From IMG/VR virus record IMGVR_UViG_2711768036_000007: a DNA stretch of 39,927 bases. The stretch is one strand, 5' to 3'. Of this stretch, positions 17,938 to 30,201 are shown one piece after another; position 1 is the first letter of the stretch, and every line of letters starts with the position of its first letter. The DNA comes from a virus (taxonomy: Duplodnaviria; Heunggongvirae; Uroviricota; Caudoviricetes). The notes under the pieces were generated by a model, which saw only the letters and a program-made list of their open reading frames with translations, had not been told where the DNA came from and made no database searches. Position numbers and translations under genes: made by a program.

Positions 17938-18456
17938 ATGAATCATCAATTGGCTAATCTCGATTTCCGGGACATGGTGGTTGTTTCTGGTGATCGCGTG
18001 ATCACAACCTCCCGCAAGGTAGCAGCTTACTTCGACAAGCAGCATCACCACATCATTCAGAAAATCGAAAAGCTAGACTGTTCGGATGAATTTCTAACCA
18101 GCAACTTTTCGCGGGTTACCTATGAACACAAGGGTAATCAGTATGTTGAATATGAAATTTCCAAAGACGGCGCGATGTACATCATCATGTCGTTTACCGG
18201 CAAAAAAGCTGCCGCCATCAAAGAGGCGTTTATCAAAGCATTTAATTGGATGCGTGACAGGCTGATGGAGTTGGCTCACTCATACCAAAGAGAGCACAAC
18301 GAGTTAATGCTGGAGTTCATGAAGGAAAAGGATGTTGCCAGTATGTCAGGACGCTTGCTGAACCGCTGGGGAAGGATCAAAAAACCGCAACTCATAGCAA
18401 GAATCGAAAGGCTTGAGCAGCAGGCGCAAATATCGATCCCCGGACTGCCAAAGTGA
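17938..18456 (+). CDS. Rha-family phage regulatory protein
   Basis: From internal Met with AAGG RBS: MNHQLANLDFRDMVVVSGDRVITTSRKVAAYFDKQHHHIIQKIEKL resembles Rha N-terminal domain. Confidence 0.65.
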   Translation: MNHQLANLDFRDMVVVSGDRVITTSRKVAAYFDKQHHHIIQKIEKLDCSDEFLTSNFSRVTYEHKGNQYVEYEISKDGAMYIIMSFTGKKAAAIKEAFIKAFNWMRDRLMELAHSYQREHNELMLEFMKEKDVASMSGRLLNRWGRIKKPQLIARIERLEQQAQISIPGLPK

Positions 18457-18739
18457 CCATTCCAAAGCCAATCTACTGGTGGGCTTGATAATGAAACCGT
18501 GATTTACATCCCCACAATCCGGGTATGTAAAAGATAGTTCAGGCGAGAACAGATTTAACTAAATCTGTGCACCACCAGTTACGGCAGTACCACGAAACAA
18601 CCCAAGCCAGTAAGTGGGGAAATAACACTGGCAGACACTGAAAGATGAACCTCCAGCCTTATGGCAAAAAAGATTCTTTGTGGTGTCTGACTGATGGAAA
18701 GACATCCTAATCAAGCAACCACTCTACAGGGTCATAATT

Positions 18740-19120
18740 ATGAACGACCAGCAAATCGAAAAAGAAATCGTTGAGAAAGGCAAAACCGCTCCGAGAATCA
18801 CTCCGCAGCACATCGAAGACGTGATTAAAAGCGAGCATTACTTTACTGCTTATGATGGACGTAATGGTGCCATTTCCAGCAACGAATATTGTGGCAGGGA
18901 AAAACCAGAAGAAGGCGATCGTGATTTATCACCATTGAAGTTGCTCACTTTCTGCGTACTGGTGCTGAAGAATGGCTTCACCGTCACCGGAGAGAGTGCC
19001 TGTGCAAGCCCGGAAAACTTTGATGCAGAAATTGGTCGGAAGATTGCCCGGCAAAATGCTGTAAACAAAATCTGGATGCTCGAAGGTTACTTGCTGAAGC
19101 AGAAGCTAAGCGAACAGTAG
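18740..19120 (+). CDS. Hypothetical protein (possibly N4 Gp49 / Sf6 gene 66 family)
   Basis: 126 aa ORF between lysis and packaging genes; family call is unverified recollection. Confidence 0.4.
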   Translation: MNDQQIEKEIVEKGKTAPRITPQHIEDVIKSEHYFTAYDGRNGAISSNEYCGREKPEEGDRDLSPLKLLTFCVLVLKNGFTVTGESACASPENFDAEIGRKIARQNAVNKIWMLEGYLLKQKLSEQ

Positions 19121-19223
19121 TTATTACAAAAGCCATTCCCTACAGAGTGGCTTTGATAATGGCTTATACCCTACACGGGATAACTTAACTGATATCCCTT
19201 TTAACGGATAAACGGAGCCAACA

Positions 19224-19466
19224 ATGGCAGAGATTATTCCCATGACTGAAGAACAGAAATTCCAGTTAGAGATTTACAAGCTGGTCATGAACCAGAACGC
19301 AGCCGCAGAAGAAGCATTTCAATTCATCGGCACTGACGAGTTGAAGCTTGAGCTATTCAAAATTCACTTCCAGTCAGGTGGCGCTAATTCAGATATCACG
19401 ACCCGCACTATCGAAGCGGTGCGTAAATCGAAGGAAGCGTTAGACCTGTTCACTACCGGAGCATGA
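19224..19466 (+). CDS. Hypothetical protein, 80 aa
   Basis: ORF in track, upstream of terS. Confidence 0.45.
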   Translation: MAEIIPMTEEQKFQLEIYKLVMNQNAAAEEAFQFIGTDELKLELFKIHFQSGGANSDITTRTIEAVRKSKEALDLFTTGA

Positions 19467-19467
19467 T

Positions 19468-19647
19468 GTGAGCCGCGTAATCAATTTGGGTAAGGAGAAG
19501 AAATTCCCAATTACTCAAGAGCTATACGAGCGGCTGGAAAGCGTCATCCATGATTACGATGGCGAAATCAGTTTATGCGAGGCGATTGGCACACTCGAAT
19601 TGCTGAAGCAGTCACTGATTGAAGGCGCGAAAGAGTCCTCAACCTGA
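19468..19647 (+). CDS. Hypothetical small protein, 59 aa, GTG start
   Basis: Hand-translated (VSRVINLGKEKKFPITQELYERLESVIHDYDGEISL...); starts 1 nt after upstream stop. Confidence 0.35.
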   Translation: MSRVINLGKEKKFPITQELYERLESVIHDYDGEISLCEAIGTLELLKQSLIEGAKESST

Positions 19648-19670
19648 AATGATAATTAAGTGAGATGAAT

Positions 19671-20159
19671 ATGGCAGCACCAAAGGGCAACCGATTTTGG
19701 GAGGCCCGCAGTAGTCATGGGCGAAATCCTAAATTCGAATCGCCTGAGGCGCTGTGGGCTGCTTGTTGTGAATACTTCGAGTGGGTAGAAGCTAACCCGC
19801 TATGGGAGATGAAGGCGTTCTCGTATCAGGGTGAAGTGATACAAGAGCCTATCGCCAAGATGCGAGCGATGACCATTACCGGCCTCACTCTGTTCATTGA
19901 TGTGACGCTTGAAACATGGCGCACATATCGCCTGCGAGAAGATTTATCTGAAGTCGTTACGCGAGCAGAACAGGTCATCTACGACCAGAAATTCTCTGGC
20001 GCAGCCGCTGACCTTCTCAACGCTAACATCATCGCCCGTGATTTGGGCCTCAAAGAGCAGTCGCAAGTTGAAGACGTGACACCTGATAAGGGAGATCGCG
20101 ATAAGCGACGCTCTCGTATCAAGGAGCTATTCAACCGTGGAACTGGACGCGATTCTTGA
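19671..20159 (+). CDS. Terminase small subunit (P22 gp3-like)
   Basis: [48 protein letters not shown] matches P22-type TerS; 162 aa from second ATG. Confidence 0.85.
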   Translation: MAAPKGNRFWEARSSHGRNPKFESPEALWAACCEYFEWVEANPLWEMKAFSYQGEVIQEPIAKMRAMTITGLTLFIDVTLETWRTYRLREDLSEVVTRAEQVIYDQKFSGAAADLLNANIIARDLGLKEQSQVEDVTPDKGDRDKRRSRIKELFNRGTGRDS

Positions 20160-21636
20160 TAACCTGAGCGACGAAGAGCAAATCGAGTTGCTCGAGCTAC
20201 TCGAAGAAGAAGAGAACTACCGGAACACACACCTGCTATATGAATTTACGCCATACAGCAAACAGCGTGAGTTCATCGACGCCGGGCATGACTATCCAGA
20301 GCGCTGTTTTATGGCTGGTAACCAGCTTGGTAAGTCATTTACTGGTGCTGCTGAAGTCGCGTTTCACCTTACAGGGCGTTATCCGGGCACAAAAGGCTAT
20401 CCTGCTGATGGTAAATATGGCGGTGAGTGGAAAGGTAAGCGTTTCTATGAGCCTGTTGTCTTCTGGATTGGCGGCGAGACAAACGAGACTGTAACCAAAA
20501 CGACTCAACGCATCCTGTGCGGTCGTATCGAAGAGAATGATGAGCCTGGCTACGGTTCCATACCGAAAGAAGACATCATTAGCTGGAAGAAGTCTCCTTT
20601 CTTTCCGAACCTTGTTGATCATCTTCTGGTTAAGCATCACACGGCTGATGGCGTTGAAGATGGCATTTCAATCTGCTACTTCAAGCCATACTCGCAAGGC
20701 CGTGCTCGCTGGCAGGGTGACACAATCCACGGCGTGTGGTTTGACGAAGAGCCACCATACAGCATTTATGGCGAAGGTCTTACCCGTACCAACAAATACG
20801 GGCAATTCTCAATTCTGACGTTTACCCCGCTGATGGGGATGTCTGACGTTGTTACCAAGTTCCTGAAGAGTCCCAGCAAGTCGCAGAAAGTGGTCAACAT
20901 GACCATCTATGACGCTGAGCACTACACCGACGAGCAGAAAGAGCAAATCATCGCATCCTATCCTGAGCATGAGAGAGAGGCGCGTGCTCGCGGTATTCCT
21001 ACGATGGGTAGTGGTCGAATCTTCCAGATACCGGAAGAGACGATTAAGTGTCAGCCGTTCGAGTGTCCTGATCACTTCTACGTAATTGGCGGGATGGATT
21101 TCGGATGGGATCACCCACAGGCGCAGGTTCAGCTTTGGTGGGATAAGGACGCAGACACAATCTACGTTTCACGCGTGTGGAAGGCGAAAGAAAAAACAGC
21201 CGTTCAGGCGTGGGGAGCAGTTAAATCATGGGCGCATAAAGTGCCAACCGCATGGCCTCATGACGGAAACCAGCACGAGAAGGGCGGCGGTGAGCAGCTC
21301 AAAGGGCAGTATGCAGATGCTGGTTTTATGATGTTGCAGGAGCATGCGACATGGCCTGATGGCGGTAATGCTGTTGAGCCTGGCATCACTGAATTGCGCG
21401 ACATGATGCTCGATGGTCGCTTCAAAGTATTCAACACCTGTGAGCCATTCTTTGAGGAGTTCCGCCTCTATCACCGTGATGAAAACGGGAAAATCGTCAA
21501 GCTTAACGACGACGTGCTATCCGCCGTTCGCTATGCATACATGATGCGCCGCTTCGCAAAAATGATGCGCGACATCAAAAAACCAAAAGAGAAAAAGATA
21601 CCAGCCCCAATCAGGCCCATCGCACGGAGAACTTAA
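20137..21636 (+). CDS. Terminase large subunit (P22 gp2-like)
   Basis: 499 aa; Walker A-like [10 protein letters not shown]; position and length as P22 gp2. Confidence 0.9.
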   Translation: MELDAILDNLSDEEQIELLELLEEEENYRNTHLLYEFTPYSKQREFIDAGHDYPERCFMAGNQLGKSFTGAAEVAFHLTGRYPGTKGYPADGKYGGEWKGKRFYEPVVFWIGGETNETVTKTTQRILCGRIEENDEPGYGSIPKEDIISWKKSPFFPNLVDHLLVKHHTADGVEDGISICYFKPYSQGRARWQGDTIHGVWFDEEPPYSIYGEGLTRTNKYGQFSILTFTPLMGMSDVVTKFLKSPSKSQKVVNMTIYDAEHYTDEQKEQIIASYPEHEREARARGIPTMGSGRIFQIPEETIKCQPFECPDHFYVIGGMDFGWDHPQAQVQLWWDKDADTIYVSRVWKAKEKTAVQAWGAVKSWAHKVPTAWPHDGNQHEKGGGEQLKGQYADAGFMMLQEHATWPDGGNAVEPGITELRDMMLDGRFKVFNTCEPFFEEFRLYHRDENGKIVKLNDDVLSAVRYAYMMRRFAKMMRDIKKPKEKKIPAPIRPIARRT

Positions 21637-23802
21637 ATGGCCGACGAAAACAGACTCAATTCCATTCTGTGTAAGTTTGACGCGGACTGGATGGCGAGCG
21701 ATGAAGCCAGAACCGAGGCGACAAATGACCTGTATTTTAGCCGAGTGTCGCAATGGGATGACTGGCTATCAAACTACACGACCCTGCAATATCGCGGACA
21801 ATTCGATGTTGTTCGCCCGGTGGTCAGGAAACTGGTCGCAGAGATGCGCCGGAACCCTATCGACGTTCTCTTTCGACCCAAAGACGGCGCTAATCCTGAT
21901 GCAGCCGATGTGTTGATGGGGATGTATCGTACTGATATGCGCCATAACACGGCAAAAATTGCCGTTAACGTTGGCGTTCGTGAGCAGATAGAGTCCGGCG
22001 TTGGTGCATGGCGTCTGGTCACGCAGTACGAAGACAACGATCCAACAAGCAACAATCAGGTAATTCGACGCCTGCCAATTCATGAAGCCTGCTCACACGT
22101 CATATGGGACGCCAACAGCAAGCAGATGGATAAGAGCGACGCTAAGCACTGCACGGTGATTAACGCTTTGTCACGCAATGGCTGGAAAGAGTTCGCAGAG
22201 GATTACGGTATTGATCCGGATACCTTGCCATCTTTCCAGAATCCGAACGACACATGGCTGTTTCCGTGGGTATCGAATGATGTCGTCTACGTCGCTGAGT
22301 ATTACGAGGTCGAAGAGAAGAAAGAGAAAGTCTTCATCTACCGCGACCCGCTGACAGGTGAGCCGGTCAGCTATTACCAGCAGGATATCAAAGACGTCAT
22401 CGACGACCTGGCTAATCGTGGATACATTAAGGTAGCAGAGCGTAAGGTGAAGCGTCGGCGTGTATATAAGTCGATCATCACCTGCACGCAGATACTGAAA
22501 GACCGCGAGAAGATAGCTGGAGAGCATATCCCAATCGTTCCAGTGTATGGCGAATGGTCATTCGCTGGTGACAAGGAGTGCTACGAAGGAGTGGTAAGGC
22601 TGACGAAAGACGGTCAACGCCTTCGTAACATGATCATGTCATTCAACGCCGATATTGTTGCTCGTTCACCGAAGAAGAAACCGACCTTCTTCCCTGAGCA
22701 AATCGAAGGCTACGAATACATGTACGGTGGAAATGATGACTATCCGTACTATCTGCAGAACAGGACCGATGAAAACGGTAACGACCTGCCGATTGGTCCA
22801 ATCTCCTACATGGAAAACCCTGAAGTGCCGCAAGCCAACGCTTACATGCTTGAGGCTGCCACCAACGCAGTGAAAGAGGTGGCTAGTCTTGGCGTGGATG
22901 CGCAGGCGGCAAATGGTCAGGTCGCTTTCGATACCGTCAATCAACTGAACATGCGGGCAGACCTTGAGACATACGTGTTTCAGGATAACCTGGCTACCGC
23001 AATGCGACGTGATGGCGAGATTTATGCCTCAATGGTCAATGATATTTATGACGTTCCTCGTCATGTAACGCTGACACTTGAAGATGGAAGCGAGAAAGAC
23101 GTTCAACTCTATGCGCAAGTTGTCGATTACCAGTCCGGCAATGTGGTCACACTCAACGACATTCGCGGTCGCTATGAGTGCTATACAGACGTAGGACCAT
23201 CCTTCCAGAGTATGAAGGAACAGAACCGCGCAGAGATTCAGGAGTTGCTCACCAAGGTTCCGCAAGGTACTCCAGAGTTCCAGATGCTGATGCTGCAATA
23301 CTTCACGCTGCTTGACGGTAAAGGCGTCGAGATGATGCGAGAGTACGCGAACAAGCAACTGGTGATGATGGGGCTGAAGAAACCAGAAACACCTGAAGAG
23401 ATGGAGATGGTACAGCAGGCTCAACAGCAGCCGCAGCAGCCATCAGCAGAGCAAATTCAGGCGCAGGGTATCCTTCTGCAAGGTCAGGCTGAATTGCTCA
23501 AGGCAGAGAACCAACAGGCGCAGATTCAGGTTGAAGCCGCCAAGGTTGAAGCCCAAAACCAACTCAACGCCGCGAAGATTGCAGAAATCTTCAACAATAT
23601 GGACCTCGACAAGCAGGCAGAACTGCGTGAGTACCTCAAGCTCGTAGGTCAATTCCAGCAACAGCGCAGCAAAGATGCTCGTGCTAACGCTGAGCTGCTT
23701 CTTAAAGATGCAGACCAGACTCATTCACAGCGCATGGATTTCGCGAATCTTATGCGTCAAGTTCAAATCCCCTCCGGCGGAGTAGCCGAGACACCTCAAT
23801 AA
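21637..23802 (+). CDS. Portal protein (P22 gp1-like)
   Basis: 721 aa with Gln/Ala-rich C-terminal helix, as in P22 portal. Confidence 0.9.
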   Translation: MADENRLNSILCKFDADWMASDEARTEATNDLYFSRVSQWDDWLSNYTTLQYRGQFDVVRPVVRKLVAEMRRNPIDVLFRPKDGANPDAADVLMGMYRTDMRHNTAKIAVNVGVREQIESGVGAWRLVTQYEDNDPTSNNQVIRRLPIHEACSHVIWDANSKQMDKSDAKHCTVINALSRNGWKEFAEDYGIDPDTLPSFQNPNDTWLFPWVSNDVVYVAEYYEVEEKKEKVFIYRDPLTGEPVSYYQQDIKDVIDDLANRGYIKVAERKVKRRRVYKSIITCTQILKDREKIAGEHIPIVPVYGEWSFAGDKECYEGVVRLTKDGQRLRNMIMSFNADIVARSPKKKPTFFPEQIEGYEYMYGGNDDYPYYLQNRTDENGNDLPIGPISYMENPEVPQANAYMLEAATNAVKEVASLGVDAQAANGQVAFDTVNQLNMRADLETYVFQDNLATAMRRDGEIYASMVNDIYDVPRHVTLTLEDGSEKDVQLYAQVVDYQSGNVVTLNDIRGRYECYTDVGPSFQSMKEQNRAEIQELLTKVPQGTPEFQMLMLQYFTLLDGKGVEMMREYANKQLVMMGLKKPETPEEMEMVQQAQQQPQQPSAEQIQAQGILLQGQAELLKAENQQAQIQVEAAKVEAQNQLNAAKIAEIFNNMDLDKQAELREYLKLVGQFQQQRSKDARANAELLLKDADQTHSQRMDFANLMRQVQIPSGGVAETPQ

Positions 23803-23815
23803 GAGAGAGTTAATC

Positions 23816-24727
23816 ATGGACCAAACCACCGACATTCAGGCTTCTGAAGAATTAACACTGCCCGGCAATCATGCAGCGGCATCTGCTGATGGCTTAGTTG
23901 TCGATAATGCCAACGACAACGCAGGTCAGGAAGAAGGCTTCGAGATTGTCCTGAAAGACGATGAGAAACCAAAACAAGACCCGGCAACTAATGCTGAATT
24001 TGCCCGTCGCCGCATCGAACGCAAACGCCAGCGTGAGCTTGAGCAGCAGATGGAAGCGGTTAAGCGTGGAGAGTTGCCGGAGCACCTGCGGGTGAACCCT
24101 GAGTTACCAAAACAACCAGACCCTAACGATTATCTTTCCGAAGACGCACTGGCTAAGTACGACTATGACCAGAGCCGAGCACTGGCTGCCTTCCAGCAGG
24201 CAAACAGTGAATGGCAGATCAAGGCTATGGACGCACGAAGCCAGGCTGTAGCCGAGCAGGGCCGCAAAACTCAGGAGTTCACCCAGCAATCAGCGCAATA
24301 CGTCGAGGCAGCCCGTAAGCACTACGACGCAGCGGAAAAGCTCAATATCCCTGACTATCAGGAGAAAGAGGATGCATTCATGCAACTGGTGCCGCCAGCA
24401 GTCGGTGCCGACATCATGCGCCTCTTCCCGGAGAAATCCGCTGCTCTCATGTATCACCTTGGTGCTAATCCTGAGAAAACACGCCAGTTGCTGGCGATGG
24501 ACGGGCAATCCGCGCTGATTGAACTCACTCGACTGTCAGAACGTTTAACTCTCAAGCCTCGAGCCAAACCTGTTTCAGAAGCCCCGCTACCTGATGAACC
24601 CATTCAGGGACACGCTGTTGCTGCAAATATATCTGCGATTGAAAAGCAGATGGAAGCGGCAGCAAACAAAGGGGATGTAGAGACATACCGCAAGCTCAAG
24701 GCGCAACTGAATAAAGGAATTCGATAA
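23816..24727 (+). CDS. Scaffolding protein (P22 gp8-like)
   Basis: 303 aa, highly charged helical; same length and position as P22 gp8. Confidence 0.8.
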   Translation: MDQTTDIQASEELTLPGNHAAASADGLVVDNANDNAGQEEGFEIVLKDDEKPKQDPATNAEFARRRIERKRQRELEQQMEAVKRGELPEHLRVNPELPKQPDPNDYLSEDALAKYDYDQSRALAAFQQANSEWQIKAMDARSQAVAEQGRKTQEFTQQSAQYVEAARKHYDAAEKLNIPDYQEKEDAFMQLVPPAVGADIMRLFPEKSAALMYHLGANPEKTRQLLAMDGQSALIELTRLSERLTLKPRAKPVSEAPLPDEPIQGHAVAANISAIEKQMEAAANKGDVETYRKLKAQLNKGIR

Positions 24728-26022
24728 TGGCATTAAATGAAGGTCAACTGGTCACGTATGCTCTGGATGAAATCATCGAAACCGTCCAGAACCTGACGCC
24801 AATGGCGTCCAAAGTGACAAAATACACCCCTCCGGCAGAATCCATGCAGCGTTCAAGCAACACCGTGTGGATGCCTGTTGAGCAGGAAGCGCCAACGCAG
24901 ACTGGCTGGGATTTAACTGGCAACGCAACCGGGATTCTGGAGCTCTCCGTGAAATGCAACATGGGCGATCCGGATAACGATTTCTTCGAGCTTCGTGCAG
25001 ATGACCTGCGTGATGAGCGTTCTTACCGTCGCCGCATTCAGGCATCAGCCAAAAAACTGGCGAATAACATTGAGTCAGCGATTGCCAAACAGGCAACTGA
25101 AATGGGCTCGCTTGTTGTTCACGATACCCGCGCAATTGGTCCATCTACTGGCCTGTCTGGCTGGGATTTTGTGTCTGATGCAGAGCGCCTGATGTTCTCC
25201 CGAGAACTCAACCGCGACATGGGCATCAGTTACTTCCTGAACCCTGACGATTACCGCAAAGCAGGCCGCAACCTGGTAGATGGTGACATCTTCGGTCGCG
25301 TTCCTGAAGAAGCGTATCGCAACGGTACTATTCAGCGTCAGATTGCTGGCTTTGATGAAATTCTTCGCTCACCGAAACTTCCGGCAGTTACCAAGTCAAC
25401 CGCTACTGGTGTAACTGTTTCTGGTGCGCAGAAGTTTAAGCCGCAGGCATACACCCTTGATACCGATGGTAACAAAGAGAACGTCGACAACCGTGTTGCA
25501 ACGGTGACCGTATCCTCCACCACCGGATTTAAGCGCGGCGACAAAATCAGTTTCACTGGTGTGAAATTCCTGTCTCAGATGGCGAAGAACGTGCTGACTG
25601 ATGATGCTACTTTCTCAATCACCCGTGTGATCGATGGTACTCACATCGAAATCACGCCGAAGCCTATTGCGCTGGATGACGCGTCACTGACAAAAGAAGA
25701 GAAGGCTTACGCTAACGTAAACACCTCTCTTGCTGATGCCACTACGGTAAACGTTCTGAACGTGGCAACAACCACCGCTAACGTGTTCTGGGCTGATGAC
25801 TCAATCCGTCTGCTGTCTCAGCCGATCCCGGTAACCCATGAACTGTTTGCTGGCATGAAAACGTCTTCCTTCAGCATTCCTGGTATTGGTGTTAACGGCA
25901 TCTTCGCAACGCAGGGTGATATCAATACTCTGTCTGGTAAGTGCCGTATTGCTGTGTGGTATTCAGCATGTGCTGTACGACCAGAGGCAATTGGTGTTGG
26001 TCTGCCTAACCAGACCGCGTGA
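24727..26022 (+). CDS. Major capsid (coat) protein (P22 gp5-like)
   Basis: [27 protein letters not shown]... closely resembles P22 coat as I recall it. Confidence 0.9.
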   Translation: MALNEGQLVTYALDEIIETVQNLTPMASKVTKYTPPAESMQRSSNTVWMPVEQEAPTQTGWDLTGNATGILELSVKCNMGDPDNDFFELRADDLRDERSYRRRIQASAKKLANNIESAIAKQATEMGSLVVHDTRAIGPSTGLSGWDFVSDAERLMFSRELNRDMGISYFLNPDDYRKAGRNLVDGDIFGRVPEEAYRNGTIQRQIAGFDEILRSPKLPAVTKSTATGVTVSGAQKFKPQAYTLDTDGNKENVDNRVATVTVSSTTGFKRGDKISFTGVKFLSQMAKNVLTDDATFSITRVIDGTHIEITPKPIALDDASLTKEEKAYANVNTSLADATTVNVLNVATTTANVFWADDSIRLLSQPIPVTHELFAGMKTSSFSIPGIGVNGIFATQGDINTLSGKCRIAVWYSACAVRPEAIGVGLPNQTA

Positions 26023-26066
26023 TAACCAGAGGGAGCTTCGGCTCCCTTTTTTATCTGGAGACAAGC

Positions 26067-26297
26067 ATGACACACATGATCTTTCGTCATGGCGACATGA
26101 AGAAGTGGAAAGGCGTTGGCTACGACTTTGAAATTGTGAAAGCCGAAGAGATTCAGGAATATCTGGATGCTGGTTGGTTTGCACATCCCGATGACCTTCT
26201 GAAGGACGTTGCGGAGCCAGAGCCAGAAGAAAAGCAGCGTAAAAAGCCTGGTCGAAAACCTAAGGCGGCAGCAGATGAACCTGACAACGAAGGGTGA
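26067..26297 (+). CDS. Hypothetical small protein between coat and gp4, 76 aa
   Basis: From internal Met with GGAG RBS; lysine/proline-rich C-terminus; overlaps gp4 start. Confidence 0.45.
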   Translation: MTHMIFRHGDMKKWKGVGYDFEIVKAEEIQEYLDAGWFAHPDDLLKDVAEPEPEEKQRKKPGRKPKAAADEPDNEG

Positions 26298-26775
26298 TTT
26301 AGTTCTTGCGGCATTACGTAAGCTCGGTGTGGCATCAAATGCCACGTTAACCGATGTCGAACCGCAGTCTATGGAAGATGGCGTCAACGACCTTGAAATG
26401 ATGATGGCTGAATGGCTTGGCGGTGATGCGTCACCAGGTATCAACGTTGGCTACATTTTCGCTGATGTAGATGTCGCTCCAGATCCTGGCGATGAACACG
26501 GTTTATCAAATAACGCTATCAATGCCGTCATTTTCAACCTTGCCTGCCGCATTGCTCCGGATTATGCGCTGGAAGCGCCTGCAAAACTTATAACCACTGC
26601 CAGATACGGGAAAGAGCGACTCGTCAAACTGTCTGCAATGGACAGAGCAAAAGCCGCTAAATGTAAGTCCGGTTATCCAAACCGTATGCCTGTTGGTAGT
26701 GGTAACCAGTTGGCGAAGTGGAACGGTTGGAATTACTTCCACCGGAAGGAACCTTGCGATAACGGGAGCGAATAA
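26275..26775 (+). CDS. Tail accessory / head completion protein (P22 gp4-like)
   Basis: From internal Met: 166 aa, [29 protein letters not shown] resembles P22 gp4. Confidence 0.8.
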   Translation: MNLTTKGDLVLAALRKLGVASNATLTDVEPQSMEDGVNDLEMMMAEWLGGDASPGINVGYIFADVDVAPDPGDEHGLSNNAINAVIFNLACRIAPDYALEAPAKLITTARYGKERLVKLSAMDRAKAAKCKSGYPNRMPVGSGNQLAKWNGWNYFHRKEPCDNGSE

Positions 26776-28194
26776 ATGCCGATTCAGCAACTTCCGCTTA
26801 TGAAAGGTGTCGGCAAAGATTTTCGAAACGCCGACTATATCGACTATCTGCCAGTGAATATGCTGGCTACACCCAAAGAAATCCTGAACAGCAGCGGATA
26901 TCTTCGCTCATTCCCGGGCATTGCCAAACGTTCTGATGTGAACGGTGTATCTCGCGGCGTCGAGTACAACATGGCGCAGGGTGCTGTTTATCGCGTGTGT
27001 GGTGGCAAGCTGTACAAAGGAGAAAGTGAAGTCGGTGATGTTGCCGGAAGTGGTCGCGTATCAATGGCGCATGGTCGAACATCACAGGCGGTAGGCGTTA
27101 ACGGGCAACTGGTCGAATACCGCTATGATGGCACGGTTAAAACCGTCTCAAACTGGCCTGCAGACAGCGGGTTTACGCAGTATGAGTTAGGTTCGGTTCG
27201 TGATATTACGCGCTTACGTGGGCGTTATGCGTGGTCAAAAGACGGTACTGATTCATGGTTCATCACTGACCTTGAAGACGAATCACATCCTGACCGATAC
27301 AGCGCACAATATCGTGCAGAATCGCAGCCTGACGGCATCATCGGAATCGGAACATGGCGAGACTTCATCGTCTGCTTTGGTTCATCGACTATTGAATATT
27401 TCTCCCTGACTGGCGCAACCACCGTTGGTGCTGCTTTGTATGTCGCACAGCCATCATTGATGGTGCAAAAAGGCATCGCCGGGACTTACTGCAAAACGCC
27501 ATTCGCTGATTCTTATGCGTTCATCAGCAATCCGGCAACAGGTGCGCCGTCTGTATATATCATCGGCTCCGGTCAGGTATCACCAATCGCCAGCGCGAGC
27601 ATTGAGAAAATACTACGCTCCTACACTGCTGATGAACTGGCTGATGGCGTGATGGAATCGTTGCGGTTTGATGCTCATGAGTTGCTGATTATTCACCTGC
27701 CGCGCCATGTTCTTGTTTACGACGCATCTTCAAGCGCCAATGGTCCGCAATGGTGTGTGCTGAAAACAGGCTTGTATGACGATGTGTACCGCGCTATCGA
27801 CTTCATTTACGAAGGCAATCAGATAACGTGCGGCGATAAGCTGGAATCTGTTACCGGGAAATTGCAGTTCGATATCAGCAGCCAGTACGACAAGCAACAG
27901 GAACATCTGCTGTTTACTCCACTCTTCAAAGCAGATAACGCCAGAGTTTTCGACCTTGAGGTTGAATCGTCAACTGGCGTTGCGCAGTACGCTGACCGCC
28001 TGTTCCTCTCTGCAACCACTGACGGCATCAATTACGGTCGTGAGCAGATGATTGAGCAGAATGAACCGTTCGTTTACGACAAGCGCGTTTTGTGGAAGCG
28101 AGTAGGGCGCATAAGGAAAAATGTTGGCTTCAAATTGCGCGTTATCACGAAGTCACCTGTAACTCTGTCTGGTGCTCAGATAAGGATTGAGTAA
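26776..28194 (+). CDS. Tail accessory protein (P22 gp10-like)
   Basis: 472 aa, same length and position as P22 gp10. Confidence 0.8.
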   Translation: MPIQQLPLMKGVGKDFRNADYIDYLPVNMLATPKEILNSSGYLRSFPGIAKRSDVNGVSRGVEYNMAQGAVYRVCGGKLYKGESEVGDVAGSGRVSMAHGRTSQAVGVNGQLVEYRYDGTVKTVSNWPADSGFTQYELGSVRDITRLRGRYAWSKDGTDSWFITDLEDESHPDRYSAQYRAESQPDGIIGIGTWRDFIVCFGSSTIEYFSLTGATTVGAALYVAQPSLMVQKGIAGTYCKTPFADSYAFISNPATGAPSVYIIGSGQVSPIASASIEKILRSYTADELADGVMESLRFDAHELLIIHLPRHVLVYDASSSANGPQWCVLKTGLYDDVYRAIDFIYEGNQITCGDKLESVTGKLQFDISSQYDKQQEHLLFTPLFKADNARVFDLEVESSTGVAQYADRLFLSATTDGINYGREQMIEQNEPFVYDKRVLWKRVGRIRKNVGFKLRVITKSPVTLSGAQIRIE

Positions 28195-29042
28195 TGGCGG
28201 ATTCATCACTGAATAATCCTGTCGCGGTTCAGGCTACGCGCCTTGATGCTTCAATTTTGCCACGCAATATATTTAGCCAGTCTTACCTGCTGTATGTCAT
28301 AAATCAAGGTGCTGATGTCGGCGCAATTGCCGGGAAGGCAAATCAGGCTGGTCAGGGCGCTTACGATGCTCAGGTGAAAAACGATGAACAGGATGTGATT
28401 CTCGCTGACCATGAGCAGCGAATTTCTGCTGCGGAAGCAACGCTTGTTAATCATGAGGAGCGAATCAGCCAGGCAGAATCAACTCTTCAGGACCATGAAA
28501 CACGAATAGCTCAGAATGAAAGCGATATTGCGTCGCTTGACACAAGAGTTCAGTCGCTGGAATCGCAGGTTTCAGACCATGAAACGCGCATCGATGCTCT
28601 GGAGTATGCCACTACTCGCAAGAAGTCAGAGGTTGTTTACTCTGGCGTATCTGTAACCATCCCGACAGCGCCGACCAACCTTGTTAGCCTGCTGAAAACG
28701 CTCACGCCGTCATCCGGCACGTTGGCACCATTCTTCGACACCGTTAACAACAAGATGGTTGTGTTCAACGAGAACAAAACCTTGTTCTTCAAGCTGTCGA
28801 TCGTCGGGACGTGGCCCAGCGGAACCGCCAACAGGTCAATGCAGCTAACCTTTTCCGGCTCTGTTCCTGATACGCTGGTCAGCAGTCGTAATGCGGCGAC
28901 AACAACCGACAACATCCTGTTAGCTACATTCTTCAGCGTGGATAAAGACGGATTTCTTGCCACAAATGGCAGTACGTTAACCATTCAGTCGAATGGTGCG
29001 GCGTTTACTGCCACAACCATCAAGATAATCGCGGAGCAGTGA
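28194..29042 (+). CDS. Tail needle (P22 gp26-like) with extended C-terminal domain
   Basis: N-terminus [35 protein letters not shown] resembles gp26; 282 aa, longer than P22 gp26, C-terminal part non-helical. Confidence 0.8.
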   Translation: MADSSLNNPVAVQATRLDASILPRNIFSQSYLLYVINQGADVGAIAGKANQAGQGAYDAQVKNDEQDVILADHEQRISAAEATLVNHEERISQAESTLQDHETRIAQNESDIASLDTRVQSLESQVSDHETRIDALEYATTRKKSEVVYSGVSVTIPTAPTNLVSLLKTLTPSSGTLAPFFDTVNNKMVVFNENKTLFFKLSIVGTWPSGTANRSMQLTFSGSVPDTLVSSRNAATTTDNILLATFFSVDKDGFLATNGSTLTIQSNGAAFTATTIKIIAEQ

Positions 29043-29497
29043 TGATTCAGTTCAAACCAACGCGAAACATCGACCTGATCGAAGCAGTCGGAAATCACCC
29101 TGACATTATCGCTGGTAGCAACAACGGTGATGGATACGACTACAAACCTGAATGCCGTTACTTTGAGGTGAACGTGCACGGGCAGTTTGGCGGCATTGTT
29201 TACTATCAGGAGATTCAGCCGCTGACCTTCGATTGCCACGCCATGTACCTGCCAGAGATTCGCGGCTTCAGCAAAGAAATAGGGCTGGCGTTCTGGCGAT
29301 ACATTCTGACTAACACCACCGTTCAGTGCGTCACATCGTTCGCTGCACGCAAATTCCGCCACGGGCAGATGTACTGCGCAATGATTGGCCTTAAGCGTGT
29401 AGGAACCATCAAGAAATACTTCAAAGGCGTGGATGACGTGACGTTTTACAGCGCCACACGCGAAGAACTAATCGACTTCCTGAATCACGGGAGATAG
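29039..29497 (+). CDS. gp14-like head/injection accessory protein
   Basis: Positional inference (between needle and ejection proteins). Confidence 0.5.
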   Translation: MMIQFKPTRNIDLIEAVGNHPDIIAGSNNGDGYDYKPECRYFEVNVHGQFGGIVYYQEIQPLTFDCHAMYLPEIRGFSKEIGLAFWRYILTNTTVQCVTSFAARKFRHGQMYCAMIGLKRVGTIKKYFKGVDDVTFYSATREELIDFLNHGR

Positions 29498-29499
29498 CC

Positions 29500-30192
29500 A
29501 TGTTATATGCATTTAAGCTGGGCAGAAAACTGCGCGGCGAGGAACCTTATTGCCCTGAAAAAGGCGGGAAAGGTGGTAGCTCTGATAAAAGCGCAAAGTA
29601 TGCCGCAGAAGCTCAGAAGTATGCAGCAGACCTGCAAAATCAGCAGTGGCAGACGATCATGAAAAACCTTGCTCCGTTCACGCCTCTTGCGGAGCAGTAT
29701 GTTAACCAGCTTCAGAACCTTTCCAGTTTAGAAGGTCAGGGGCAGGCACTTAATCAGTATTACAACTCTCAGCAGTATAAAGACCTTGCAGGTCAGGCTC
29801 GTTACCAGAGTCTTGCTGCTGCGGAGGCTACGGGAGGACTTGGTTCGACAGCCACAAGCAATCAACTGGCTACGATCGCGCCGACTCTCGGTCAGTCTTG
29901 GTTATCAAACCAGATGAGCAATTACAATAATCTGGCAAACGTTGGGCTTGGTGCGCTGCAAGGTCAGGCAAACGCCGGGCAGACGTACGCCAACAACATG
30001 AGCAGCATTGCACAGCAAAGCGCAGCACTTGCCGCTGCTAATGCCAATAAACCATCAAGCCTTCAGACTGCCATTAGCGGCGGCACGTCTGGTGCGATTG
30101 CCGGTGCAGGTCTTGCCAGCCTTTTGGGAACATCAACGCCTTGGGGCGCTGGCATTGGTGCTGGTATCGGATTGCTTGGCTCGTTGTTTTAA
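29500..30192 (+). CDS. Ejection protein (P22 gp7-like)
   Basis: 230 aa, Gln/Ala/Gly-rich with hydrophobic C-terminus; position as gp7. Confidence 0.65.
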   Translation: MLYAFKLGRKLRGEEPYCPEKGGKGGSSDKSAKYAAEAQKYAADLQNQQWQTIMKNLAPFTPLAEQYVNQLQNLSSLEGQGQALNQYYNSQQYKDLAGQARYQSLAAAEATGGLGSTATSNQLATIAPTLGQSWLSNQMSNYNNLANVGLGALQGQANAGQTYANNMSSIAQQSAALAAANANKPSSLQTAISGGTSGAIAGAGLASLLGTSTPWGAGIGAGIGLLGSLF

Positions 30193-30201
30193 GGGGTAAT
30201 C

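Noticed and set aside
25818-26444. 208-aa minus-strand ORF
   Set aside because: Antisense to the 3-prime end of the coat gene and to gp4 in a co-directional structural operon; no supporting signals
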